From Callorhinchus milii (lineage: Eukaryota), in NCBI RefSeq assembly GCF_018977255.1, contig NW_024705578.1, positions 1 to 33,557 on the forward strand: DNA of 33,557 nt, written 5' to 3'. Shown one piece after another: positions 1-12,654 of this stretch (position 1 is the stretch's first letter; each line of letters starts with the position of its first letter). The position numbers and the translations under genes were made by a program. The notes below the pieces were generated by a model. The model searched no databases. It saw only the letters and a list, made by a program, of their open reading frames with translations, and was not told where the DNA came from.

Positions 1-2764
1 TCGGTCCCTTTTTCATGTAGGCTACAGTGACACACCCAGGGGCTATGAATGAAATCCGGGAGAAGATGGTTTGTGTCACTATAGCAGCACTTCCTCTGAG
101 CAATCACCTAACAACGGGAAAATAAATTGAGCACTTTTGGTTTGAAGCTAAAAACCTCCGGGTCATGTATATCGGCAGTACCTGGCCTTATTAAGGTCAC
201 ATACGTTTATATATGTCGGCACGGGAAATGTTAGCGTACAAAAAAAACATTTAAAAACACTTTAAGGCATGTTTCTGAGAGTATTTCTAAACATACCTGT
301 GCTAATTGTTTAACTAAAACATAGCTATTATAACACTTTCCTTCATCTCCTTTAAAAACAATAATCCTCTTTCCATAACAACCTTCATTTATATGAACGC
401 AGTCAATTGTATACACAGTTCTGTCGCATGTATTTTTGTTCAGTGGAAAATATCGCAAAGTTACCTGCAAATTAACAAGGTAAAAATGAAAATGCGATTG
501 CAAAGGAATAGCATATGGATTGCAATAGGATGTGTTGTGCACAAATACGTTTAATCATGTTTAAGTGTATCTATAGATAATTTGTATGTATTGTAGTGCT
601 GAATAGCTTTCATTTGACGAGGTCTTTTTGAATTCAGCCTTTGATTGCATGCATTAGCAGTTGGGCCATCTTTGGGATGTTGTAACTTGGGCGTGTAATG
701 ATGTTAAATCTGATTGAACGACTCACGACGCATTGTTTTCTGTAGGGCCTTGCCTGTGTGATATTTTCAATATGAACGGATGTGTTTGGAGGAATGAAGA
801 ACAGCCATTTAAATGAGACTCCCTGAAGCAGATCAGTCTTCCTCTCTGGGTAGCGATGGCTGAAGGGTTCCTCATTCTATTCTTCGTGATCGGTGGTTTC
901 ACAGTTTACTTGATCGAATTCTTTATATTTTCATTGGGGTTCCCTTGACCAAGCCTTCTGAATTGAGCCGAACATAATGTTTAATGCAAGGGTAACATGA
1001 CAAGGCCAAACCTTTACAACTCTCTGTGAGTCGATAAAGAACATTACACTTTTTGGGCAGATTGTGCGCAAAGGTCAAGATCCCAAAAAAAATAAACCTA
1101 TTGTGCCCTTTGTAATCCACAACAGGATGTGGCTAGTACCGTCCAGTTGTGCATTCAACCACCTGCCTTGTGTATTCAACTTGGTAAATAATGCCCACCG
1201 ACATGGAGCACAACGTTTGTGCACATGGATAAAAAATTACACGTTTATACTTTTACATAGATGTCCTTCCCCCCGCACCTCCGATTAGCATGGTTGGCTA
1301 CGTACGGTGCGAAAGAAGTTCAACGTACATTAACACACAGATCATATAAAAACCTAATTTGTACTGTATAAACATGTGTGCCGATGTATATATCATATCC
1401 ATCGTCTTTCATAATTGCACATCAATAAAAGTAATGTTACCAGTGCCAATGCCAAAGCTGAAGAAACAGTACTTAACAGCACTTTGAGTCGGTATTCACA
1501 ACTTTTAAAAGCAAATTAACGATAGTTTTATTCTATTCTATTTTTGTGGATGGCAATATGTTGAGGAGCTAAATGCCAATGTCGAGCTCTGCTAGCCATA
1601 AGAAGGCTTCAGCAGGGAGTTTGCATAGTTTTGTTATTCCTCCATTGAAAGAGCAAATTCTACGGCAACAATATCACTTTGGCTTGTCTTGACATTTCCA
1701 TTCATGAAGGAGATGCGCACATCAGCATGTTAATGTTCTGATGCACTTGATTGTTACACCAGTGTCTTTGAGGAATGTCAAAGCCAGGAGGTACGATATT
1801 TGGGTCTTGAATGAGGTGTTTATTTTGGATGTCCATCCATATTGTTCCACTCTGTTCACTTGTGTTATTTCGAATCTGGGTGAAATTCTAGGATGGAATC
1901 ATTTAATTCAATAGACAATGTGAATAATCAACTTCATACTCCAGAACCAGTAATTAGTCATAAATGCATGAAGTTAATATGGTTGTGTTTAGTCAATGTT
2001 CAAGGGCTCTGTCGTGTTTTATTCGACGTAGTAAATGTGCTAGACAGCACAGTTGTTCATGTGCAAGGGTACTGCTGTTTTTTTTTTCTGTTGAAGCAGC
2101 AAAGGTGGCAGCCCCTACACTATCCTCTCCATATCTTTTCAGTATCAGTGATTATACCTTGTCCCCATGAGATGTAAGAAGTGCATTACTAACCATGGTA
2201 ACACGGAATCTGTGCTAAATTTAAACCACTTTTTTTTCACATCAGTGTTTTGATGGACCTTCAAAGAAGGAAAAAGGAAAAAGAAATACTGGCAACTTAT
2301 GCATTTACATTGTTTTTTTTATTGTATCGTACTTGACACATGGTTTTGCTGAGATAATGTATCACTGCTTTTTTTTTACCAAACATGAAACAGAAAATAC
2401 ATTTTCAATAGCTTAAGCTTTTATAGGTCATCTTTGCACGGGACATGACTGCGCCCATTGATTTGGTTGCTGCTCAGTGGATAAGAACTGAGGAAGGGGT
2501 TGAGGCATTGAATGGGTTAAGTGGTGAGTCTGGGCCCTGTGTTTGCCAGACGTGTAGCCAAGAAGATTAGTTATTTACTGAGTGAGCCCCAGTAATGAGC
2601 TCTGACTTGAAGGTCCAATGCAGTGAAGGGAAAGGATATTAGTGGATAAATAGACTTATTTGGCCTCGCAGTATGTGTAGGCAATGTGGGGAAATAGCAC
2701 ATCTCAGAAGCTCATCCTTACTCGGCTTGAACCTTCAGCAGAGGAAATACGGTCGGCATAATTG

Positions 2765-2950
2765 TCGTCGTCATCATCAGCAATGGTCAATCCACTGCTG
2801 GATGAAGGCCCCCAAACCTCTTACAATACGGCCATGTAATAATATGCTTAGCACCTGTACATGAGCTGATTTTATTGCTCCATCTCTTTCGCCGGAGATC
2901 CTCTCGGACGTATTCCGCCCTTGGTTGCCACTCTCATAATTCGTCCCGTA
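2765..2950 (-). mobile_element. 3' terminal fragment of an RTE-clade LINE
   Basis: The minus strand reads (frameshifted) R-I-M-x-W-Q-P-R...K-R-W-S-N-K-I, then GCCTTCATCCAGCAGTGGA (A-F-I-Q-Q-W) and a GAT/GAC tandem tail. This resembles the end of RTE ORFs. Confidence 0.65.
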
Positions 2951-3388
2951 ATTATAGTCTATTGTAATAGGTTTTTACCCTTTTATCTGGTACAAAAACG
3001 GACACCTTTATACAAGGGATCATGTTTGCAATAACCACAACACAAGCAGTCAAAATGCAAACAAAAGAAACAACTCTGATAATGATAATGATATGCACTG
3101 TCCTTGAAGTTGAGTGGTCCACACCCGATACAGCTCTCCATTGGTGTTGGACCAGATAACGCTAAGGAGGTCTCATAGTATACAGTCTATGTTATCGAAT
3201 CTATGTGTTCCTCTTTTTTTTGTCCAAGCTTGCATTTGCTAGCTTCTTGCAGTTTTTGTGTAATTTTGTTATTGTTAATGACTATATGAATCATATGTCA
3301 TATCAGTTAGCATGTGCTGATGATAATGTTATTCTTGAGGCACATTGGTGTTAAAGTTACACGTTAATATGTATAACTGTAGAATATA

Positions 3389-3840
3389 CAGTAATCCCTC
3401 GCCACTTCGCGGTTCAAGTTTCGCGGCCTCAGTGCATCGCGGATTTTTCGAACTGATTTAAAGGCCTCATTATACCTGTGCAGTAACACTATCATCATCA
3501 TTCATCATCACATTCATCGAACTGCACAGGTCGTCATTGTCATTGTCATCGTCGTCATTACTGGAGTCAAGTCTCAAGATACTACTGTCATTGGTGAGTG
3601 TAGAACACCATAATACGTATCGTATGAGAGAGAGAGAGAGAGTGAATGTATAATATTAAGGTTTTATAATTAAATAGATTTAAGTAAAATATATATAAAG
3701 TATAAATATACATATTTTAAACATTCTGGTACCCACACACACATATACGGAAATTCCTAGGGGGCCAATCCTACTTCGCGGATTTTCACCTATCGCGAGG
3801 GGTTCCGGTCCCATTAACCGCGATAAACGAGGGATCACTA
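3389..3840. mobile_element. Non-autonomous Tc1/mariner-superfamily (pogo/Tigger-like) MITE, 452 bp
   Basis: Imperfect TIRs CAGTAATCCCTCG...CGCGG (from 3389) and CCGCG...CGAGGGATCACTA (to 3840). TA on both flanks (3387-3388, 3841-3842). Repeated subterminal TCGCGG motifs and no transposase. Confidence 0.85.
3626..3642 (+). repeat. (GA)n microsatellite inside the MITE
   Basis: Direct reading of the sequence. Confidence 0.9.
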
Positions 3841-4519
3841 TAGTTATTTTCATGTTCACACGAATAATAATATAATCAGGTAAGTCAGTTTGTATTGGAG
3901 GATAACAGAAATACACCATATAGATGGACTTTCAGGATTGAATGAGGCTCCATATGGCTTTAACAAAGGTTTTTTGGGTATTTCATGAATATGAATGGTA
4001 AGTGTACATTTAAATGCATTTCATTTCTGTGCCTTCAGGCACCGGAATTTTCTGGACCAAATTACCAAAAAGTAATATTAGGTACACGGATGCTACTCTA
4101 TAAATAGAAGATGTATTTTAATCTCGATTCACCATTAGCCAGCAGTTCACGTAGAATGGCAGTAATGTAGTAGTAATTATACATTAAAAATATCAGTTCT
4201 GTCCCCATGGTCGGCCAAATATTGAGCAGTGTTCAACTCATTGGTGCTCATGGATTAGAAGTGGAATTTTTACATTAAATTGACAGGAACCAGTTTACAG
4301 GACAATTGCAATGCAGATGTCGGTATACATGTGTATGTCTGTATAGATTGAGACATACACCGGTAATTGTTCACTGTTTCAGATACACACAAAGATACTC
4401 AATATGACACATAAAAGCCCATGAATGTGAATTGTTTCTATCTAAAAATGTGTACAGTATACGTGCATTCACAGTATAACCGAAACGTGCCATTTTAAAA
4501 CAGACGTGCAATGATTTTT

Positions 4520-5243
4520 TTCAAGCAACACTGGTTTGAAACATATTTTGACATTTATTAATAAAAACATAGAGCCCGCAGAGAAATGTAAAAAGAACTG
4601 AATTCAATATTACAAAGATATGTATTTCAAACATAACCGAGTGTTCACTCGACTACAAAGTATTGTTGCTGCATTCGTGCAACTGATGAAATCTGGAAGG
4701 TGATATACATCTCGTCATTTGTATGTCTATCTACTGCCCCAAGGTAGAATGTGTAAATAGCAAGCACCGTATTTTTGGTATTTGCAAGCAAAGCCATCCA
4801 TTATTATAGTTCAGGGAAATGACAATTGTGGGAAAGTATACCATTTTTTGAAGCTTACAGCTATTATTCACAATGAAGATGTAATATATTTAAATATATG
4901 TATTGTTTTGTATATATCCATATATCTATACAACACAAACCTATGATTTTTATGTTTTTATTTATTTTAATCTATTTTAACTGTTTTATTGAATATGTTT
5001 GCATTATGTATGTGGGGGCAATACAAAGCAAAAACCTCAAGTGTTTTTTGTTGATATTTTCTCCCAATTGTATCCCTATTCTGCTGTTGATGTGCTGTTT
5101 AAAATATCAACAATCGATTCTTCTCATTCACAGATAAATTCAACCCCCGTAGCTACAGAAGCAGATGTACTTGACAGATCCTTTAAGGGATTTCCTTTTC
5201 GGGATATTTTACACAAGCCAGGGGCAGTACTCTTCTACTTGCC
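4520..5243 (-). other. Possible terminal exon and 3' UTR of an unidentified host gene
   Basis: Minus-strand acceptor-like TTAACATTTCTCTATTACAG ending at 5244. One frame then gives xQVEEYCPWLV-stop, followed by AT-rich sequence with AATAAA hexamers (plus-strand TTTATT near 4554-4559 and 4957-4990). No upstream exon identified. Confidence 0.2.
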
Positions 5244-5991
5244 CTGTAATAGAGAAATGTTAATTGCATAAATCAACCTGATATATATATATGTATTATA
5301 ATTCTCAGCGCTGGAATTTAGTTAAATGAAGTGCAACATTTTTTCTGGGTGTATTTGTTGGGCACTCATTCGCGACAATAAACTCTGAGACAATAAACTC
5401 ACTACATTTTTACTTTGTCTCTCTTCTGCACAGCACATCACAACATCAGGAAATTACTCCATTCAGGCACCCCGAACTTTCTTCTAACCCTCATGTTCTC
5501 TTCTCCATTCTTTCCTGAACTTTCCATGAATTTCCACCATTTCCATTCTCCCGAATGAATTCCAAAAAGACCCTTTATATCCAATGAGTTTTCCCTGACG
5601 ACCAATCCGATTTGAATGTTCTCCACCGTCAGATACGATTCGTGCCCTTTATCAACTCCCCTCTGATAGCCCGCCAATGAGAGCCGAGTGCGCTCTTCGA
5701 ACTCGCGGGCCATTAGACTCTGTGAGCGTGTATTTATTTATTTCCGAATAGGGTTTGCCTATCGGCAACGCTTACACATGAACTCCAGAAAGTGTTTCCA
5801 AAACTGAAAACTCTCTGAAGTGTAAAGCATTCGAAGCTTTACTTGTTTGTTTCGGTAAGCATTCATTGAAGCACAAGTTGCATTATATTCTTACAGGGCC
5901 AATACATAAATGGGATAGATAATATAATATACTCAGAATGTAAGCCGTAGGTAACGTCATGCAATTAGGCAATAAAATATACTACACTAAG

Positions 5992-6284
5992 TGTGGAGGA
6001 TTTGTTGAAACTGTTGACAAAAAATACAACACTGTGTTACGCATACTGTGTACGTGAAGAGAGTCCACCAGACGAAGTCAGAGGGTCGACACTTTTATTT
6101 ATTTCGCAAGAGCCCACACCACATTTGCCCACCCTGTTCCGTTTCCTTTCCCGAAGCGCCTTGATCGCCCCGCCTTTCCCGATGACATCACTTCTCTCCC
6201 TCTTTCCTCGTGACGTCATCCTGACACTATCCTTAGATCACGTGAGTATTTCTACCCTCAGATCATGTAAGTTTCAGCACTACA
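5992..6284 (-). repeat. 3' LTR of Gypsy element B
   Basis: Minus strand starts TGTAGTGCTGAA directly after the polypurine tract AGGGGGTGGTGA. Contains AATAAA (plus TTTATT near 6093), TGACGTCA (6211-6218) and CACGTG (6239-6244). Confidence 0.75.
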
Positions 6285-6887
6285 TCACCACCCCCTCTGA
6301 AGAAAAAGTCGTCCTCAACTAAACACAACCCGTGCAAATTCAAAGGATTCGGGGTAACCCTAACGGTAGAAAAAACACTTTTGTTGGTCAATAAATAAGC
6401 AATTTCGACTCAAACGGAGTCCTGAACTTTGTCTGTGTAGGTGTGAAATGCATGATTATACAGAAATAATTTTAGATGGCAACAAACGAAGAACCATAAG
6501 ACAAGATGGTACACACAATGGGTCAATCGGACCCCCCCACCGCAACATGCGAACAACTGACTAACAACTTCCGGTGTGAAATCGACGGTGTAATTTTTAT
6601 CCGCGGTCCTGTGTTCTTGATTGTGGTGGTTGTCTATCACCGTGGGAGCATTGTGCGGGCCATTGCCCGGGTACCGGGCCATGCAGCTGTGGCTCGGTCA
6701 GATGCTGCTTCACCTCTTTGGTCACAGGCGGCCCTGGGGAAGGAAGGCAACCTTCTTGTGGTTAGTCACGACTTCCCTGACCTCGGCAGTGATGATGAAG
6801 GTGAGTGAAGGGGTGAAGGTGTAGGTGTTCGTGGTAACCCAGTTTTTCGTGAGTGTAGTGGGTGTTCTTCGAGTGTAGTGGTGCATC

Positions 6888-7412
6888 TGTAGTGACATAT
6901 GACGTCACTACTGTGTCAGGACTGTACGAGCGTAGTGACATATGACGTCACTACTGTGTTGGCTCTGTACGGGTACTGTAGGCGGGTGTCACGGAGGTCG
7001 CGTCAGGCCGTGACACTCTTCGTGAACCTGACAGGTCACATGACCGGACAAAGGGGGGCTAGGGGCCCTAGGGGGGAGCTTGGTGGTCACGTGGTAAGGG
7101 GCCCGGACCTTCCCGAAGGATCGGAAAGGGGGGTGTGGCCTAGGGCAGTGCCAGCCACGCCGCCGCAGATATAAGTGGGGTGTGAAGAGAGAGAGTGTGG
7201 TTGTTCAACCCCGGGATGAAGACGCCATCAGCAGTCCGAGTCTCCGATCTTCGTCCGTGACCAGGCAGCCTGTTAACATGCCCTGTTCACGTTATGTAGT
7301 ATTCCCCCAAACGGTGGTCACCACCTTATGTATAGTGTTCAAGTTATTTGTTACGTGTTAATAAATAGCGTTGCCTCCAAGTTGAGTGTGCGCCTCAATC
7401 GAACACATTACA
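6888..7412 (+). repeat. 5' LTR of element A (525 bp)
   Basis: Direct repeat of 12127-12654 (roughly 8% substitutions by hand count, plus indels). TATA-like GATATAAG near 7168 and AATAAA near 7359. Confidence 0.97.
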
Positions 7413-7414
7413 AC

Positions 7415-7429
7415 TGGTGCCAAAAGTGG
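7415..7429 (+). promoter_or_regulatory. Primer binding site, tRNA-Leu-like
   Basis: TGGTGCCAAAAGTGG lies 2 nt after the LTR end. It resembles TGGTGTCAGAAGTGG, the complement of the tRNA-Leu(CAA) 3' end. Confidence 0.7.
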
Positions 7430-7729
7430 TAACACTTTTTCAAAGTTGTAGGCTTAGTATCGCTAAGTGGAGAGATTGCCGCCCTGTCCGTGCCCACCTC
7501 GCCTCGCTGCTGAGCGCCGCGGCGTGCGGGGGAGCTGGCGACAAAGGATGCGGGCCCGGAGCCACGTGGTGCCGACCTCGCTGCCGTTGCCGTCCGCACG
7601 CCCGGTTCCCCCACCCCGCCACCCGACGCGCAGCAGCCATTTTGGCGGGGGAGTGGGAAGCGGAAGCACAATGCTTAGCGGCGAGGGAGACGCGATCATC
7701 CTCGGGGACCTTCCCTCATCTTGGCAGCA

Positions 7730-10700
7730 GCCCATCATCTGCTACAACTGCGGGCTGCCAGGACACGTCTCATCGGGGTGCCGTGCTGCACGTCGAGGAC
7801 TCTCCGGGCCGCCGTCGTCGCCTTCCCAGATGTCTTCAACTTCAAGGGACCCTAAGGCAAGTCATGGCACACCACACACTCGGCCCTTGTTCCCACCTCA
7901 CCCATCTCATTCTCATGTCGTGAGGGGTCGGTTGTGTCGGGTGATGGCTGGCCGCTCCGGCCGGGTCCGTGGTCGGAGTTGGCCCACCGTGTTGTTGCCG
8001 TGGCGGCGAAATCGTCGGCATTCATCGGTATGATGCAGGGGGTAGAGGTGCGGGTGCTCATCGACACGGGGGCATCCGCCACCATTATTTCCGAATTGAT
8101 TTTTATATTTTGCTATGAGGATGTCGTTCCTTGTGCCCTGTTACCATTCCGTACTTTGCCACTAATGGGGGTTCGTTAGGCAATCTTGGCCAGATATCGG
8201 CGGAGGTGTCCATCGGCGACATTAAATTGACGGGGCCGGTCTTGGTTTCACCTCCCTGGCCGTGCCCTGTCTGTTAGGGACCAATTTCTTGAGTAAAATG
8301 CCATTGAAGATCTTAATAGATCAAGGATGTTTGGAATTGCCTTCGGGCCATCGCATCACGTTATTGTCTTCCCCCACTCGATTGCGCACAGCTAATGCGA
8401 CTGTTCAGGCGCTAGCTAGCGTCACGGTTAAGATTCCTCCCGGAGCGCAAATGCTTGTTCCCCTGCGGCTGTGAAAACCGCTCGATTGGGAGGCCACCGC
8501 GGGAGGGGTCGTGTTGGGACCCTCTAACAGGGCGGTCTGGGGGATGATGCTCGTGGGGGCTCAGACGTTGGTTTCTAGGGACCAACAGCCGTTCATTCAG
8601 ATCCTCAATGCTGGGCCGGACGCATCGGTTATACAGGCGGGCACGGTGCTCACCCACGCGTCGGCTGCAAAGGAGGACGGTAACATTGTGGGGGGAGTGG
8701 GGGTCGCATCAGCCACCGACCAAGGGCAGGTCGGCAAGGACAGCTGGGCTGATGCCTTCTGCTCTGAAAATTTTGACTTGTCCGATGCCCACAGTTCCGC
8801 GCTGCGCGCGCTTTTACTTAAGTTTGCGGATTTTTTTAGCAAGGTTAAAATTTCACATTGGCTGCACAACCTCCTAAGCCACCATATATTAAGCAAAATC
8901 CTTACCACTTGAGAGTCCTACTGAAAAGGAACATGTGCAGCAGGCTGTCGACGAGATGTTGGCCACCGCCGTCATTTCTCCATCTACCAGCCCATGGGGT
9001 GCTCTGATTGTTCTCATGAAGAAACATGACGGCAGTTTGCGCTTTTGTGTCGACTTCCGCAAACTTACCAAAGTATTCGTGGCGGATACGTACCTCCTGC
9101 CCCGCATGGATGATTCATTGGACACTCTGATGGGGGCGCGTTTTTTCTCGACGCTCAACTACCTTCGGGATTCTGGCAATTGCCTCTAGATTATTGCTCA
9201 AAGCCTAAGACTGCTTTTGTACACCGCAGGGTTTATTTGAGTTTAACCGGCTCCCGATGAGCCTCCACTTGGCCCTGGCAACGTCCCAGAGGCTCATGGA
9301 GCTGGTCCTGGCAGGACTCCAATGGGACTCCTGCCTGATATACCTGGACGACGTTATTGTGTTTAGCCGAACATTCGAAGAGCATTTTGTACAACGAGCA
9401 ATTTTTCTTAAAATGCGGACGGCTAACCTTAAATTTAAACCCCAAAAATGTCACCTGCTGCAGACATCCATTCGATACCCTGGGTATATCGTCAGCGAGT
9501 TGGGCATTGCTATGGATCCAGATTAAACTGCGTGTGTGCGCACGTGGTCAACCCCCAAATTAGTGGGTGAGGTATGCAGTTTTATTGGATTTGCATCTTA
9601 CTACCGCTGCTTTGTGCCTGGGTTTGCCACTATTGCAAACCCCTCCACGTCCTGATGGCAATGGGCCAAAAATTTAGATGGGGGGAGGAGGAGGAGGCCG
9701 CATTTGTTGTGCTCCGAGATGGTCTGGTGGACACCCCTCCTCTCTGATACCCAGATTTTTCATTACCCTTCATCCTGGACACGGACGCATTGGCACCGTG
9801 TTGTCCCAGGTTGTGGATGGGGTAGAGAGGGTCGTGGCATATGGCAGCAGAGTGTTGTCCCCGGCCAAGCAACGCTACTGCATTATGCGTCGGAATTACT
9901 TGCCATAGTTTTTTTCGTACAACAATACCGGCCCTATCTATATGGTAGGCATGCCGCTCTCCAGTACACTTTGCGCGTTGTGCAACCATCCGGCCAGTTC
10001 TCCCGCTGGCTGGAAATTCTACAATATTACTCCTTCCGGGTTTCTTACCGTAAGGGTGTGTGACACACGAATGCGGACGCGCTTTCGCGGCTACTTCCGT
10101 GCGATGAGTGCGCATCCCTCTCTGGCTCGGGCCGCTGCAAATTGGCTACCACAGCGGTACCCCCTTCAGTTGTAGCATCGGCGGGGGCTTCCAACCCGGA
10201 TAGCCCCAGCGATCTCGTCACGCGCAATGCCACCCTTGGGTTTAGCCACGATTAATGGGGACGCCTCAAGGCGGAGGACGCCTCCCTATTGAAGCTATGG
10301 CGCCGTGTCAGAGACGCGGGAAAAGTGTCGGCCCGGCGTGGGGTGGCCCTTGTCATTCTTAAAGATGGCCTTTTGATGTGTTGGGATGGCAGCCTGCATC
10401 GCTACAGTGTTGTGGTGCCTACGGGCCTCATGGGTACAGTTATTTTGGCTGTACATGAGCGACTGATGCATCTTGGAGCACATAAGACCTTAGCTACCCT
10501 TAAACTCTATTTTTTCTGGCCCAGAATTGCAGTTGATGTCAAAAATGTACTTAAGGGCTGCGTGCAATGTGCTCGCCAGAAACCGCCGTCTATTAAGTGA
10601 TGTCTGCCCTTGCAATCTATTTGAGTATCATGAATTAACGAGCTTGTCGCACTCGATGTCATCAGGCCCTTTCCCATCACAGCCCGAGGGAATAAATATT

Positions 10701-11450
10701 TGCTGGTGGGCGTGGAGTATTTCTCCTGCTGGCCAATTGCTTGACCACTCCCCAACCAATCAGCCGCGGCCATTGCCAATTCATTCCTTCACGGATATGT
10801 GATAGATAGGGGGGCCCCAGAACGCCTCCTTACTGATCAAAGTAAAACAAATTCATCTAAACTATTGCAGGAGGTGTGTGACATTTTGGGCACAAAAAAG
10901 GTTCGCACGTCGCCTTACCATCCCCAGACGGACAAGATGGTGGAGCGACTCCACAGAACTCTGACCTCCATGCTGAGTCAGTAAGTCGGGGAGTCCCAGG
11001 GCAACTGGGGCTTACATGTTCCAGGGGTACTTGCAGCCTATAGAATGGCCCCTTCCACCGGCTAATCACCCTTCTTTTTAATGTACAGTAGGGAACATAA
11101 CCCCTCCATTGATGACCAGCTGAACACGGGACCGAGGAAGCCGAGGGTCACCATTTCGGAACCCATGTGATTTACTCTGAGGCACGCGAGGCTTCTAGAG
11201 AAAATTCCGCCTTGCGGCAGTCAGCCAACAAACGGCTAAGGGGTCTTCGGGTGTCTGCTAAACAGTGGGCCCTGGGGGACAGGGCTTGGCTGCACTGCCC
11301 TCAAGTCCCCGTGGGTACGTTCCCAAAGTTGTACAGACCCTGGCGTGGGCCGGTTGAGATGATTCAGGCCAACCGGCCACAATGTGTTAAAATCCGGTTC
11401 GGTCACCAGAAATGGTTCGTGCATCCGTCCCGCCTTAAGCCTTTTGTTGC
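7730..11450 (+). pseudogene. pol: Frameshifted gag remnant and pol of element A
   Basis: Zinc knuckle CYNCGLPGHVSSGC; protease VLIDTGASATII; RT SPWGALIVLMKKHDGSLRFCVDFRKL and CLIYLDDVIVFS; RNase H GTVLSQ...VVAYGSRVL...ELLAIVFF; IN zinc finger H-x4-H...CVQC; IN core LTDQ...SPYHPQTDKMVER; C-terminal PKLYRPWRGP. Many stops and frameshifts. Confidence 0.95.
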
Positions 11451-12105
11451 TCCCTGTTACATTCCTTCATCTCCAATCCACGAGGGCCGAGTGTCGGGTG
11501 TGCCGGGTGAGCTGGGGTGCGCACCCGCTGAGGTTGTTCCTCAGGGTGGTTCTGCGGTCCCGCCCACAGGACGGGAGTGACGTTGCCGGCTGCTCCTGCT
11601 CCGTTAACCAGCCGTTCTCCACCGACGCTGTCATTTCCTATAGAAGGACCGCGCCCGTCGGACAATATTCAAGTACCCCGAGCCTCCCAGGGAGCTCAGG
11701 CCCACCTCGCCTGGGGGCCTGGCCACGCAAACTCGTTCTAAGACTGGCCACTTTACATGACTCTCACACACCTTGCTGATTGCCTACACTGTCGTTCAAC
11801 AGTCACACTCACATGTCAAGGAGGTGATTGGCTGAACCTGGCCTTTTATTGTACTGTGCGTGCGTTATTTCTCACACGGTAGGTTGTGCTGGGGGGCAAG
11901 TGGGTAAGTCAGTATTATGTACATTTGTTGTTGTTAATTCCCTCTTTCCATGCGTTCTCCTTTCTTTTCCCCCCCTCTCGGAATGTGTACATATTTTATA
12001 TGCAGTATTTATTATCGGTCGCCGGTTATTTATTGATGTTGCTTTTTCGGCAGGCACACTTTTTTTTACCACAGTTGCGTTACAGCCGGGATGGCTGTGT
12101 GTTAC

Positions 12106-12126
12106 GGGGGGTGGGGGGTGGGGTGA
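12106..12126 (+). promoter_or_regulatory. Polypurine tract of element A
   Basis: GGGGGGTGGGGGGTGGGGTGA directly precedes the 3' LTR. Confidence 0.85.
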
Positions 12127-12654
12127 TGTAGTGACATATGACGTCACTACTGTGTCGGGACTGTATGAGCGTAGTGACATATGACGTCACTACTGTGTTG
12201 GCTCTGTACGAGTACTGTAGGCGGGGTGTCACGGAGGTCGCGTCAGGCCGTGACACTCTGCTTGAACCTGACAGGACACGTGACTGGACAAAGGGGGCTA
12301 GGGGCCCCAGGGGAGAGCTTGGTGGTCACGTGGTAAGGGGCTCGGACCTTCCCGGGGTGTGGCCTAGGGCAGGGCCAGCCACGCTGCAGCAAAAATATGT
12401 GGGTGTGAAGAGATAGCATAGCTGTTCAACCCCGAGATGAAGACGCCATCAGCGGTCCTCGAGTCTCCGATATTCGTCTGTGACCAGGCAGCCTGTTAAC
12501 CTGTCCTGGTCACGTTATGTAGTATTCTCCCCGAGTGGTAGTTAAGTTAGGAACGGTGGTCACCTCCTTATGTATAGTGTTCAAGTTGTTTGTTACATTT
12601 TAATAAATAGTGTTGCCTCCAAATTGAGTGTGCGTCTAAATGAAACCCATTACA
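12127..12654 (+). repeat. 3' LTR of element A (528 bp)
   Basis: Direct repeat of 6888-7412, followed by TSD CATC. Confidence 0.97.

Larger units (their letters stand above)
6888..12654 (+). mobile_element. Gypsy/Ty3 LTR retrotransposon A, structurally complete but coding-defective
   Basis: Two LTRs with TGTA...TACA ends (6888-7412, 12127-12654), TSD CATC (6884-6887, 12655-12658), PBS, PPT and domain order PR-RT-RH-IN. Confidence 0.97.

Noticed and set aside
231..2700. Short ORFs and isolated splice-like sites in the AT-rich left end
   Set aside because: No recognisable protein motifs and no consistent exon chain; compatible with intronic or intergenic sequence.
5438..5713. 91-aa minus-strand ORF MAREFEER...
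   Set aside because: No recognisable motif, and no consistent splice phase linking it to the candidate exon at 5243.
6290..6887. Possible env-like ORF between integrase and PPT of element B (and likewise 11450-12105 in A)
   Set aside because: Regions are short, with only small ORFs and no envelope-like features.
6889..6973. Palindromic tandem repeats resembling a CRISPR array
   Set aside because: Only two units, the spacers are similar to each other, the pair is duplicated in both LTRs, and the context is eukaryotic with no cas genes.
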